A DNA stretch of 64,000 nucleotides from an uncultured Spirochaetota bacterium (GTDB lineage: Bacteria > Spirochaetota > Spirochaetia > SZUA-6 > Fen-1364). The notes under the pieces were generated by a model. It worked only from the letters and a program-made list of their open reading frames with translations, was not told the DNA's origin and made no database searches. The position numbers were made by a program, and so were the translations under genes. The stretch lies in contig CAWGAA010000001.1 in NCBI GenBank assembly GCA_963820525.1, positions 1,376,001-1,440,000 of the forward strand, written 5' to 3'. Positions 49,914 to 59,310 of the stretch are shown here, piece after piece (positions within the stretch are counted from its first letter, which is position 1; every line of letters starts with the position of its first letter).

Positions 49914-51679
49914 GCGGGCTTCACGGAGGCTGACGCCTGCGCGCGATATTTCCTGAAAACCTTCAAGGCATCCCAGGCCAGGATGAGGCTCGCGGCGATC
50001 AGCACGAGGCACACGGCGCCGATGATGATGTTCGCCGCCATCACCTGACCCACGGCCTGCTTCTGCGCCGCCGCCAGCGCAGCAGCCTTCGGCAGGTTCA
50101 TGAACAGGGCCTCATAGGCCTTGTAGAGCAGGGCGCCGATGGTGGTGATGAACATGAAAACGAATGGCCAGAGCGTCCACTGGTATTTCTTGCCCTTCGA
50201 CATGAGCCATATGGTTGCCAGGAGGAGCGCAAGGGAAGCCATGAGCTGGTTGGCGGCTCCGAACACGACCCAGATCTGCAGGAAAGGCACGATCCAGATC
50301 AAAACGAGCGTCAGAACCAGTGCGAGCAGCGTTCCGACGTGCGCGTTCTTGAGCAGGGGAATCCTGTCTCCCAGCGCCTCGGCGCTGGCCACCCTCATGA
50401 ACCGCGCAACCAGGTACATGATTGTCAGAGCCATGATCGTGAGGAATACCGAGCCATAGGCGGTTCCGAAGCCGGCGCCCAGGATCTTGTCCAGCCCCCA
50501 CTGGTTCATGAAAGCCGACAGGCCCTTGGAGAACACCGCAGCCGCCGCGCCGGCGTTTTTGTAGCCCTGGAAGCTTCCGAATGCCACGGTCGCGGTGAGG
50601 AAGGCAATGATGGCGAAGAACATCTCGAAGAACATCGCCCCGCCGCCCACGAACAGGGCGTCGCTCTCCTTCTCGATCTGGCGCGCCGTTCCCGATGAGG
50701 ACACAAGGCTGTGCCAGCCGGAAACGGCCCCGCAGGCGATGGTGACGAAGAGGATGGGCCACAGGGGCCCCAGCCCGGGCACGGTGAAGGAGGTGAACGC
50801 GGGGAAATCCCCCATGCCCGGCCTCCAGATGAACAGCCCGATCAGGCCGCCGAGCACGCCCAGGGAGACGATCCAGAAGGACACGTAGTTGATGGGTTGG
50901 GCCCAGCGCCAGATGGGAAGCACGGCGCCAAAGTAGCAGATGACGATGACCATCAGGCTTCCGAGGAGCTTGGCCTGCGTGACGGAGAGGAAGACCCCCG
51001 GCCCGGTGGGAAGCTCCTTCGTGATGCCGAAGAGCCCCGTAAAGAAGGTCTTGACACCAGGCAGCGTCCCGACCCAGATGGCCACGAATGCCAGGACCAC
51101 CGTGATGACGGTGGTAAACAGGATGTCGACTTTCCACCGATAGGTCATCTGCCCGGCCAGCAATCCCACAATGATCACGAGGATAACCCCCAGGGGCACG
51201 GCGGGATTGATCAAGAGGCCGAAGCCCACCTGGGTGCCGAAGGCCCCCATGATCAGGAGCAGGTAGAAATAAATGAACATGATCAGGATTCCCCGGGAGC
51301 GCGGCGAGATGAGCTTGTAGCTGAGCGCCCCAAAGCTCTGCCCTTCTTCCCGGAGGCCAAGGATGATGCTGCTGTAGTCCTGAACCCAGCCAATGAAGAA
51401 AGTCCCGAAGATCACCCACAAAAGCGCAGGCACCCATCCCCACAGGACCGCCGTGATGGGCCCGATGATCGGTCCCAGGGCCGCGATGGACTTGAACTGG
51501 TAGCCGAAAAGGACATTGCGGTTGGCCGGCGTGAAGTCGACCCCGTCCATGAACATCTTCGCGGGTGTCGCCTTCTTGTCGTCCGGCTTGATGACCCTCC
51601 TGTCTATCGACTTCGCGTAGACAAAGTACCCGATGGCGATGAACGCCAATCCACATGCCAGGATCACCAATGCATTCAT
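49910..51679 (-). CDS. cstA: Carbon starvation protein A family transporter
   Basis: TPA..DGVDF, LFGYQFKSIAALGPIIGP, FVTIACGAVSGWHSLVSSSGT, FGAANQLMA. Confidence 0.9.
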   Translation of the reverse strand: MNALVILACGLAFIAIGYFVYAKSIDRRVIKPDDKKATPAKMFMDGVDFTPANRNVLFGYQFKSIAALGPIIGPITAVLWGWVPALLWVIFGTFFIGWVQDYSSIILGLREEGQSFGALSYKLISPRSRGILIMFIYFYLLLIMGAFGTQVGFGLLINPAVPLGVILVIIVGLLAGQMTYRWKVDILFTTVITVVLAFVAIWVGTLPGVKTFFTGLFGITKELPTGPGVFLSVTQAKLLGSLMVIVICYFGAVLPIWRWAQPINYVSFWIVSLGVLGGLIGLFIWRPGMGDFPAFTSFTVPGLGPLWPILFVTIACGAVSGWHSLVSSSGTARQIEKESDALFVGGGAMFFEMFFAIIAFLTATVAFGSFQGYKNAGAAAAVFSKGLSAFMNQWGLDKILGAGFGTAYGSVFLTIMALTIMYLVARFMRVASAEALGDRIPLLKNAHVGTLLALVLTLVLIWIVPFLQIWVVFGAANQLMASLALLLATIWLMSKGKKYQWTLWPFVFMFITTIGALLYKAYEALFMNLPKAAALAAAQKQAVGQVMAANIIIGAVCLVLIAASLILAWDALKVFRKYRAQASASVKPA

Positions 51680-51907
51680 GATGCCCTCCTTTTTCCCATG
51701 TACTTCACGTATCGATGGCCAGGAACTATGCTTAAGCGGAGTATGTAGGGGATCTTCTTTTGAGGTTTTCACCTCCTGAAGTTTTGCTTGGGGGAACTCT
51801 ATCCCCATGTCAAGAAATGTGTATGATAATTCGTTTGTCGGGGAATAGTACCCCGGCTCCGGCCGTATTGCAAGTGCATTTTCTCGAGCAGGATACAGGA
51901 GCCATCA

Positions 51908-52504
51908 ATGAAAGAATCCTTGATCCTCCTTCTCACCGCGCTTCTCTTCGCGACCCTCTTCAATCTCCTGTGCATCCTGCGCCGGGAGGGAATCTCCCGG
52001 CGTTTTCTCCTGGAAACGGCTGCGATCACGATCGTTTTCGGGCTCCTGCCGATGTTCGGCGTGGCTCTTCACCCCATTGCGTTTCTAGCGATTCTCTACG
52101 TGCTCACGATGCGCGTGCGGCTTTTCATCGATTTGGGCAGCACCCTGGCGCGCCGGGGAAACCTCACCGCCGCAGGCAGGGCTTTTTCCCTTGCCGGGCG
52201 GCTCTGGCCCGACCCCGCCGGGGTTTTGATGGTGCGCCTCAATCAAGGGGCGTGCGCCCTTCAGCGCCAAGCTCCCGAAGAAGCGATTCCCCTGCTCCAG
52301 GGAGTGCTCGAGGCAGCCGAATCGGCGCGGCTTGGCATCAAGTACCGCTCCGCCTGTCATTACAACCTGGGCATCGCCTTCTGGCGGAAAGGCATGAGAC
52401 CGGAGGCCGAGCGGGAGCTGGAAGCGGTCCAGGATCTGTGGCCGGCCTCCACGTATGCTCGTAAGGCGGAAAAAACCCTGGAGAGGCTCCGCGAGGGCGG
52501 ATAA
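51908..52504 (+). CDS. Membrane protein with C-terminal TPR repeats
   Basis: Hydrophobic N-terminus; ACHYNLGIAFWRKG. Confidence 0.75.
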   Translation: MKESLILLLTALLFATLFNLLCILRREGISRRFLLETAAITIVFGLLPMFGVALHPIAFLAILYVLTMRVRLFIDLGSTLARRGNLTAAGRAFSLAGRLWPDPAGVLMVRLNQGACALQRQAPEEAIPLLQGVLEAAESARLGIKYRSACHYNLGIAFWRKGMRPEAERELEAVQDLWPASTYARKAEKTLERLREGG

Positions 52505-52555
52505 GACCGGTCTGACCGGAAAGGCGCGCGAATGGAGCGCCGAAAGGGGAGAATC

Positions 52556-53071
52556 ATGTCAACTTCAGTTCTTGTGGCTTATGCCACGCGCTACGGCTCG
52601 ACGCAGGAAGTTGCAGGGGCAGTCGCGGAGAGGCTGCGAGAAAGCGGACTGGAGGCGGATATTCAGCCCCTGCGAAAAGTACGGGCCCTCGAAGGATACC
52701 GCGCGGTCGTGCTGGGGGCGCCGCTTTTCATGTTCCATTGGCACAAGGACGCACTCGCTTTCCTGTCTCGGCACCGGGAAGCCCTCACGAGGCGGCCGGT
52801 GGCCATTTTCGCGCTCGGCCCATTCCATGATGACGAGAAGGAGTGGCATGAAGTACGCGCACAGCTCGACAAAGAGCTTGCGAAGTTCCCCTGGCTTTCC
52901 CCAGTCGCTCATGAAGTATTTGGTGGAAAGTTCGATCCGGCGAGACTCCACTTCCCCTTGAATCTTCTGCCTGCCCTTAAAAAGATGCCGCAAAGCGATA
53001 TACGGGATTGGGCGGCGATTAAAACCTGGGCAGCCAATCTGGCCGCGACGCTTCAGCCTGATGCGCCATAG
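52556..53071 (+). CDS. Flavodoxin-domain protein (HemG-like)
   Basis: VAYATRYGSTQEVA, VVLGAP, FGGK, DIRDWAAI. Confidence 0.85.
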   Translation: MSTSVLVAYATRYGSTQEVAGAVAERLRESGLEADIQPLRKVRALEGYRAVVLGAPLFMFHWHKDALAFLSRHREALTRRPVAIFALGPFHDDEKEWHEVRAQLDKELAKFPWLSPVAHEVFGGKFDPARLHFPLNLLPALKKMPQSDIRDWAAIKTWAANLAATLQPDAP

Positions 53072-53177
53072 AGTCCGAGCGCGCGGCAATGCCCAGTCAT
53101 GCGTAACGGTCATTCAGGGAGGGTTTGACGCCCCCGACCGCGAAGAGATCAGCGGCCAGGGCTGACTGGCCGGCAGA

Positions 53178-54104
53178 CTATTTCAGGTAGTCGGATACCT
53201 TGTATTCCACGCTCGCTGTCAGTGAAGCGGGAGAAAGATCGCTCACGAGCTTGTAGCTCATCTGCCCGTTCAAGCGCTGAACATCCCAATTCGGACAGAA
53301 TATGCTCGAGTCGCGCTCGTCGAGCTTCACCCTGTCGACCTCCCATCCCCTGTCGAACGGATAGAGGGGATTTGACTCGATATCGTAGAGCAGATCGATG
53401 CGCTTGAGATCCTGGAAGATAAAATCCGTGGAGATCGTCGGATCCAACGGGTGCCAGTATTTTTCGTCGTCGAAGAACTCGACCCACTCGTGGTGATAAT
53501 AGTTACCGTTGTCTCCAAGGATCGCGCCGGAGATAGTCCTCGCCGCTATCCCCGCCGCCCGGCAGAGAGCGACGAAAAGCCGGGAATGGTTCACGCAAAT
53601 GCCATATCCCCTCGCCAGGGTGGCCGAGGCAGTGTCGTAATGCATCCCGCGGTACGTCTTGAATTGGATCTGCCGAACCACGAAGAGGAGGATACTGCGG
53701 GCTTTTTCATCTCCCCCCGTGCGGCCCCCGGCGATTTCATTCGATTTTGAGACGATGGCGGGATTGTCGGAATCGATCAGGCGGTCGGGAGAGGTCCATC
53801 TCTTCATGTCGATGATGTCCTGGATGCGGGTGCTGGAGTTCGTCTTCGTGATTGTGAGCCCGATCTTGACCCGACCTCGAATCTCTTGAGCGGGTATCTC
53901 AAACCATGCCCCACCGCTGTCGTCACTGCGCATCTCCGGAGTGTAATTCTTTGAATCTATCGATACCACGACGTCATTCCCGTTCGCCAGAAGCCTGCCG
54001 ATCGGAATGAGCAGCCTGCTATCATCCGCGGAGGCACACTCTGGGGAAAGGACGGCAACGAGGAATAAGAGCACGACGGGGATGATCTTTCTGATCCGAT
54101 GCAT
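53178..54104 (-). CDS. Exported transglutaminase-like protein
   Basis: GICVNHSRLFVALCRAAGIAAR, HEWVEF, WHPLDPT (Cys-His-Asp triad). Confidence 0.85.
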   Translation of the reverse strand: MHRIRKIIPVVLLFLVAVLSPECASADDSRLLIPIGRLLANGNDVVVSIDSKNYTPEMRSDDSGGAWFEIPAQEIRGRVKIGLTITKTNSSTRIQDIIDMKRWTSPDRLIDSDNPAIVSKSNEIAGGRTGGDEKARSILLFVVRQIQFKTYRGMHYDTASATLARGYGICVNHSRLFVALCRAAGIAARTISGAILGDNGNYYHHEWVEFFDDEKYWHPLDPTISTDFIFQDLKRIDLLYDIESNPLYPFDRGWEVDRVKLDERDSSIFCPNWDVQRLNGQMSYKLVSDLSPASLTASVEYKVSDYLK

Positions 54105-54118
54105 CGTATTGCTCTTTC

Positions 54119-54481
54119 CTATTTCGAGTGCTGCAAAGAAAGCTCGGTGTGTCCGATCAGGAAGGTGTCGCCCTCTTTCAGGGGAACGTACTTCCCCGGA
54201 GGGATGGGCTTTCCCCAGAGGTGGGTTCCGTTCGTACTGCGCAAATCCTTTATGAGGTAATCGTTCTTCACCCTGCGGATGACCGCATGTCTGCGGGAGA
54301 CCAGGGGATCCTCGAGCACTATGGAATTCGTCGGGTCCCGACCGATGAAGATCCGGCGCACGATCGGGATGCGGCCGCCCTGGAAAACGACGTACATCGA
54401 TTCGCGCACCTTCGACAGTTGCCTGCCCACGGTGCTCTCGGAGTTGAGTGTCTTGCTGGAATCTTCGGCGTCTCGCGACAC
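54119..54481 (-). CDS. FHA domain protein
   Basis: IGRD..VSRRHA..DLRSTNGT; GTG start after GAGGGG (inferred). Confidence 0.85.
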   Translation of the reverse strand: MSRDAEDSSKTLNSESTVGRQLSKVRESMYVVFQGGRIPIVRRIFIGRDPTNSIVLEDPLVSRRHAVIRRVKNDYLIKDLRSTNGTHLWGKPIPPGKYVPLKEGDTFLIGHTELSLQHSK

Positions 54482-54726
54482 TCGGCCCCTCTGCAGACTC
54501 GCCCGCTCGGCGCCCCTCGGCGTGAGCACCGACCTATGGGGCGTGGCGTCCGCACGAGCAGTATATTCCTCGTCCTACGGGCCATCAATCGTCAGGACGG
54601 GGCGCTGAGGCGCTTTCCTGAGGCGCCGCCACATTCCGGTCGCCTGCTCGGCGGCCTTCCAGTCGCCCATTATTGCGAACCTTGTCAAACGCGGCGGGGC
54701 CGGGGTACGCTGTCGTCGAGGCGGAC

Positions 54727-54935
54727 GTGATCCACCTGTTTTTCGTTTTCTACCTGCTTGCTCTCGTTGCCGGCACGGCCGCGTGGTCGAGGGCGCCGGC
54801 ACGAAGAAGATCGCCGGCACGATCTCCATTTCACAGAAGACCGTCGAGAATCACGTGTACAACATCTACCAGAAGCTGAAGGTGAGAAACAGGGTCCAGC
54901 TTTTCCAGCTCATAAAAGCCAACACGCTCGAATAG
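54727..54935 (+). pseudogene. Internally deleted membrane-anchored LuxR regulator
   Basis: VIHLFFVFYLLALVAG joined out of frame to ISISQKTVENHVYNIYQKLKVRNRVQL*. Confidence 0.7.
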
Positions 54936-55074
54936 CGGCATTCGGCGCGTCTCCCGCCCGGCGTCTTGAGTAGTTTTCCTTAGAAGAATCCCGTCCCCGA
55001 TGCGCGGTTTGAGGGATTTTCCCCATGGCGTCCGCGGATCTCCGCCTCTATGGTGTGCTGGCGAGGAGGAATCG

Positions 55075-55517
55075 ATGAAAACGCGCCAGAAGGTTCGCTC
55101 CTTCAGGCAGGCGGGGTGAAAGGAATCGATCTGTTCTATCAGACGAAAAACGGCATTTCGGTCACCGACATGCCCGGGCTCATCGCGTATGTCTCGGTCA
55201 TAGCTGTTTTCTTCGTCCTGGCCCTCACGGTCGGCAGGCGGGCCGGATGTCACACGATCTGCTGGATGTCTCCCTTCATGGTGATCGGCCGCTCTATCAG
55301 AAACGCTTTTGGCTGGCCGTCGCTGCGGCTTCTCGGGAACAGGCAGAGGTGCGCCGGATGCGGAAAGTGCAGCAGGGAATGCCCCATGAGCATCGACATG
55401 ATGGAGCGCGTGCAGGAGGAGCGGCTGGAAACCCGGGACTGCATCTTCTGCGGCTCCTGCGTCGACGCGCGCCCCCGGCACGTGATCCGCTACTCGTTCA
55501 GCGCGGGAAAGCAGTAG
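55075..55517 (+). pseudogene. Internally deleted 4Fe-4S-binding membrane protein
   Basis: GGAGG-ATG MKTRQKVR is out of frame with a C-terminus carrying CAGCGKCSRECP and CIFCGSCVDARP. Confidence 0.65.
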
Positions 55518-55525
55518 TGGCGCCG

Positions 55526-56557
55526 CTACGCCTCGCGGAACGCCTGAAAAGATTCCAGGGCGTTGCCATCGAAGTCGAACAGGGAAAGGTAGTCCCAATC
55601 CTGCTCGCCGGTGGGCTTTCTCTTCCAACTCCTGGATGAAAACCACTCCGGCGCCCAGTAGAAGACACCCGTGCCCCTCCCACGGGCTGCGCCCTTCACG
55701 ATACCGATGAGGTCCCGCAGGTAGAGGTGCTGCCCCAGAGGGGTCGGCACGTAGCCCTCCAGGACCCACTTCGGGTCCCTCACCCTTCCCGAGCCGTCGC
55801 TGTACTCCAGCGTGAAGGGGTACGCGCACTCCACCACGACGATGTCTTTTCCGTACCTGACGGCGAGGTCATCGAGATTTGCCTTCAGGGCTCCCAGAGT
55901 TCCATGCCAGAGGGGATAGAAGGAAAGACCCAGCACGTCGAACTCGACACCGCGCGATGAAAGCTTGTCGAGAAAATATCTGCTGCCCTCGTTGTCCCCG
56001 CCCCTGTCGATGTGGATCATAACCTCGGAGTTTTTAACCGCGGCGACCCCCGCCTTGATCAGGACAGCGAGCCTGTCCCATTGAGCCTCCGTGTCGAAGG
56101 CGCCGTCCACCTTGCCGTCGTCCCAGAGCATCCCATGGATGATCTCGTTTCCCACCTGCACCATATCGGGAGACGTCTTCTGCAGCGCCAGATCGCGGAG
56201 GAAGCCCTTAGTGAAATCATGGACGGCGGTTTCGAGCTGGGTGAAAGAGAAGGTTCTCCATGCCTTCGGCTTGGTCTGCTTGGCGGGATCCGCCCACCAA
56301 TCTGAATAGTGAAAATCGAGCAGAAGGCCGAAACCCAGCTCCTTGATCCGCCGGGCCATCTCGAGGGTCTTTTCCCTGCCGCAGTATCCGTCGGTCGGAT
56401 CGTTCCACACCCTCAAGCGCATGAAGTCGAACCCATTATCCCTGAAGATCCTCAGGCAGTCCTTTTTCAGGCCGCCCTCGCGAAACTCACCGCCGTGATC
56501 CTCGATCATGGGAATGAAGGATACGTCGGCGCCTTTCAAAAATCCGCCCGTCGCCAT
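55526..56557 (-). CDS. GH53 endo-beta-1,4-galactanase
   Basis: GADVS, RLRVWNDP, LDFHYSDWWADP, VQVGNEI, GLSFYP, GVFYWAP. Confidence 0.93.
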   Translation of the reverse strand: MATGGFLKGADVSFIPMIEDHGGEFREGGLKKDCLRIFRDNGFDFMRLRVWNDPTDGYCGREKTLEMARRIKELGFGLLLDFHYSDWWADPAKQTKPKAWRTFSFTQLETAVHDFTKGFLRDLALQKTSPDMVQVGNEIIHGMLWDDGKVDGAFDTEAQWDRLAVLIKAGVAAVKNSEVMIHIDRGGDNEGSRYFLDKLSSRGVEFDVLGLSFYPLWHGTLGALKANLDDLAVRYGKDIVVVECAYPFTLEYSDGSGRVRDPKWVLEGYVPTPLGQHLYLRDLIGIVKGAARGRGTGVFYWAPEWFSSRSWKRKPTGEQDWDYLSLFDFDGNALESFQAFREA

Positions 56558-56784
56558 GGTGCATCTCCTCACTTTCGCAAACATCATCTTACACCACCGC
56601 TCTTCGGCGGAGCCAGCCGGAAGCAGCCCCCTCAGGCAGCACGATATTGCTACTTATGAAACAGAAAAAACACAATTGTACCAAAAATAGCAGCTTTATC
56701 GGGTTTGCCGGCGCGCCGGCAATCCATACGCTCCTGTCCATGGAGCAGCGACACGCGTCGCTTGCGGCAGACGGTATGGAGACT

Positions 56785-59310
56785 ATGACTGACACGAAAT
56801 GGACGATCGAGCTGGATCAATCCGATTTCCAGGGCTGCCGAGGCGCCGAGAAAAAACGGGCGGGCAGAAACCACCTGCTTCTCATTGCCAACGGCTATGT
56901 CGGTGTTCGGGGATGCCTGACCGAGCTCTTCGAGGCGAAAGAGGATTCCTCCATTCACTGCCTCGGCATCTACGACCAGGCGGACCACGACAATCCGAAA
57001 CCGGGTTCATGGAAAGAAATCGTCAATCTCCCGGATTTCATGTCGGCCGACATCACATTCGAGTCCGAGCGGGTCTTCCTGAACCCGGACAAGAGCAACG
57101 TCTGTGAATTCAGGATATGGCTGGACTTGCAGCACGCCATCCTGCACCTGCAATACGTCTGGAAATCCAGCACGGGCAATCGCCTGCGGGTGGATCTCAG
57201 CCGCTTCTGCTCTTTTCACGACAAAAACCTCGTCTTCAACCGCGTGCAGCTGGCAAGCCTTGATGCCGACGCGGCCCTCGAATACTCTCCCTCGATCGCC
57301 GCCGACGTCTACGACTCCCACGGCGCCCACCTCCGGGATTTTTGCATGGGCGAGCATGAGGGAGGCTGCTTCTTCACGGCGAAGACGCTCCAGCACGACT
57401 ACGAGGTTGCCATCAGCTCCAACCACGAGCTTTCCACCGCCGCCGAGAGGCGGATCACGAGAGGTGAAAAGGCGATTTCCCAAAGCTTCAGCTGCCGGCT
57501 CGCCAAGGGGAAACCCCTCACCGTGACGAGCCGGCACGCGCTTTTCACCAGCCGCGACTCGGTCGATCCCCTGGCGGACGCCCTTTCCAGCTCATCCGAC
57601 TATGACTCGGAGCTTGGCAGACACATCGCGGAAATGGAGCGGCATTGGCAGGCGGCCAACGTGGAGATCGATGTGGACAAAGTCTATATCAATGACCACA
57701 TGAAAAAGAGAATAGAGAGAATCGCTGAAGAGAAGGTGAGAAGCGAGCTCCGCCATGGATTGATTCCTGATGGTGAGAGAGAGAAGAGAGTGAACGAAGA
57801 AGTGCAGCGGGAGATCCACGGCCTGGAGAACTCGGATCTCTACCTGAGATACTGCCTGTATATCGTAATCGTTTCCGTTCCAAGAGACCTCGATTATGCA
57901 TCCATCCCATCCCGCTCCCTCTCCTCCTCCACGTACAAGGGGGCGATCTTCTGGGAAGTGGATACGTACGCGTTCCCCTTCTACGCCTCCGTGTTCCCGG
58001 CCTACGCCAGGAACCTGCTCCTCTATCGCTTCAAGACGCTCGAATACGCGCTGAAGAAAGCGTCGGACCTCGGCTTCCAGGGGGCCTTCTACGCGTGGGA
58101 ATCCCTGGATACGGGAGAAGAGGCCACCCGGGAGTTCGTCTGGGAGGACATCCACAGCGGGCGCATGATGAGGAACCACTTCGGAGACCGGCAATGGCAC
58201 ATCTCCGGAGACGTCATCTACGCCGTATGGCTCTACTACACGCTCACGGGGGACTGGGATTTCATCGAGCGCAACGGCGCCGAGATGATTTTTCTTACCG
58301 CGCGATTCGTGGGATCTTTGGTATACTACCGGCCGTCGAAGGATCGCTACGAGATCCTCCACACCTGCTGCCCCGACGAGTATCACGAGGAGGTGGACAA
58401 CAATGCCTTTACGAACCGGATCCTGCGCTTCGTTCTGGAGAAGGCCGTCGAGCTCGTCGCGCTGATGGAAAGCGCAAATCCGGAAAGGCTTCGGGAGATC
58501 AGGCTTACACGGCGGATCTCGGACGATGAGATCTCCTTCTGGAGGCAGGTGATAGAGAAGCTGTATATCACGGAACCGGATCCTCGAACGAGGGTGATCG
58601 AGCAGCACGACGGCTATTTCAAGCTCGAGGACATTTGCCTGGATGAGTTTCGGAGCAGGATCATGGGCGATGAGTATCCCGGCTACCCCATCGGGCCGGC
58701 CGTCCATACGCAGATAGTCAAACAGGCCGATGTTGTTCAGCTTCTGGCGATGTTTAAAAACGAGTACCACCCCATCGTGCGGCTTGCAAGCTTCGACTAC
58801 TACGACGCTCGCACCGAGCACGGCTCAAGCGACAGCCCTAATGCGTACGCAATCGTGGCGGCGCAGGTCGGGCGCATCGATCGGGCCATCTCCTATTTCC
58901 TGCGCTCGGCGCGGATCGACCTCGAATCCACAAACCCCTCCTCCAAGGCCAACTTCAAGCTCGGCGGGGTGCACATCGCCTCAAGCGGCGCCACGTGGCA
59001 GATCGTCCATTACGGATTCGCCGGCTTCCAGGCGGAGAAACGGACGATCAGCTTCAACCCCGTCATCCCGCCGTGTTGGAAGCGCCTCCGCTACTCCTTC
59101 ACCCACCTGGGCCAGAGGATCACAGTCGCCATCGACGGACGCGCGATCACGGTCAGCTCAGCCCAGGAGAACGACCTGGTGCTCACCGTCAAAGTGAACG
59201 ACGCCAGAGCGGCCACCCTGGAGCCTTCACGAGAGGTCAGGCGCGACTATAAAAAGATGGGAAACCACTACTTCACATACGCGAAGGCCTCCTCGGCGTA
59301 CATGAAATGA
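56785..59310 (+). CDS. GH65 glycoside phosphorylase/hydrolase (divergent)
   Basis: ANGYVGVRG, YKGAIFW, GAFYAWES, HISGDV, PDEYHE, KQADV, EHGSS. Confidence 0.88.
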   Translation: MTDTKWTIELDQSDFQGCRGAEKKRAGRNHLLLIANGYVGVRGCLTELFEAKEDSSIHCLGIYDQADHDNPKPGSWKEIVNLPDFMSADITFESERVFLNPDKSNVCEFRIWLDLQHAILHLQYVWKSSTGNRLRVDLSRFCSFHDKNLVFNRVQLASLDADAALEYSPSIAADVYDSHGAHLRDFCMGEHEGGCFFTAKTLQHDYEVAISSNHELSTAAERRITRGEKAISQSFSCRLAKGKPLTVTSRHALFTSRDSVDPLADALSSSSDYDSELGRHIAEMERHWQAANVEIDVDKVYINDHMKKRIERIAEEKVRSELRHGLIPDGEREKRVNEEVQREIHGLENSDLYLRYCLYIVIVSVPRDLDYASIPSRSLSSSTYKGAIFWEVDTYAFPFYASVFPAYARNLLLYRFKTLEYALKKASDLGFQGAFYAWESLDTGEEATREFVWEDIHSGRMMRNHFGDRQWHISGDVIYAVWLYYTLTGDWDFIERNGAEMIFLTARFVGSLVYYRPSKDRYEILHTCCPDEYHEEVDNNAFTNRILRFVLEKAVELVALMESANPERLREIRLTRRISDDEISFWRQVIEKLYITEPDPRTRVIEQHDGYFKLEDICLDEFRSRIMGDEYPGYPIGPAVHTQIVKQADVVQLLAMFKNEYHPIVRLASFDYYDARTEHGSSDSPNAYAIVAAQVGRIDRAISYFLRSARIDLESTNPSSKANFKLGGVHIASSGATWQIVHYGFAGFQAEKRTISFNPVIPPCWKRLRYSFTHLGQRITVAIDGRAITVSSAQENDLVLTVKVNDARAATLEPSREVRRDYKKMGNHYFTYAKASSAYMK

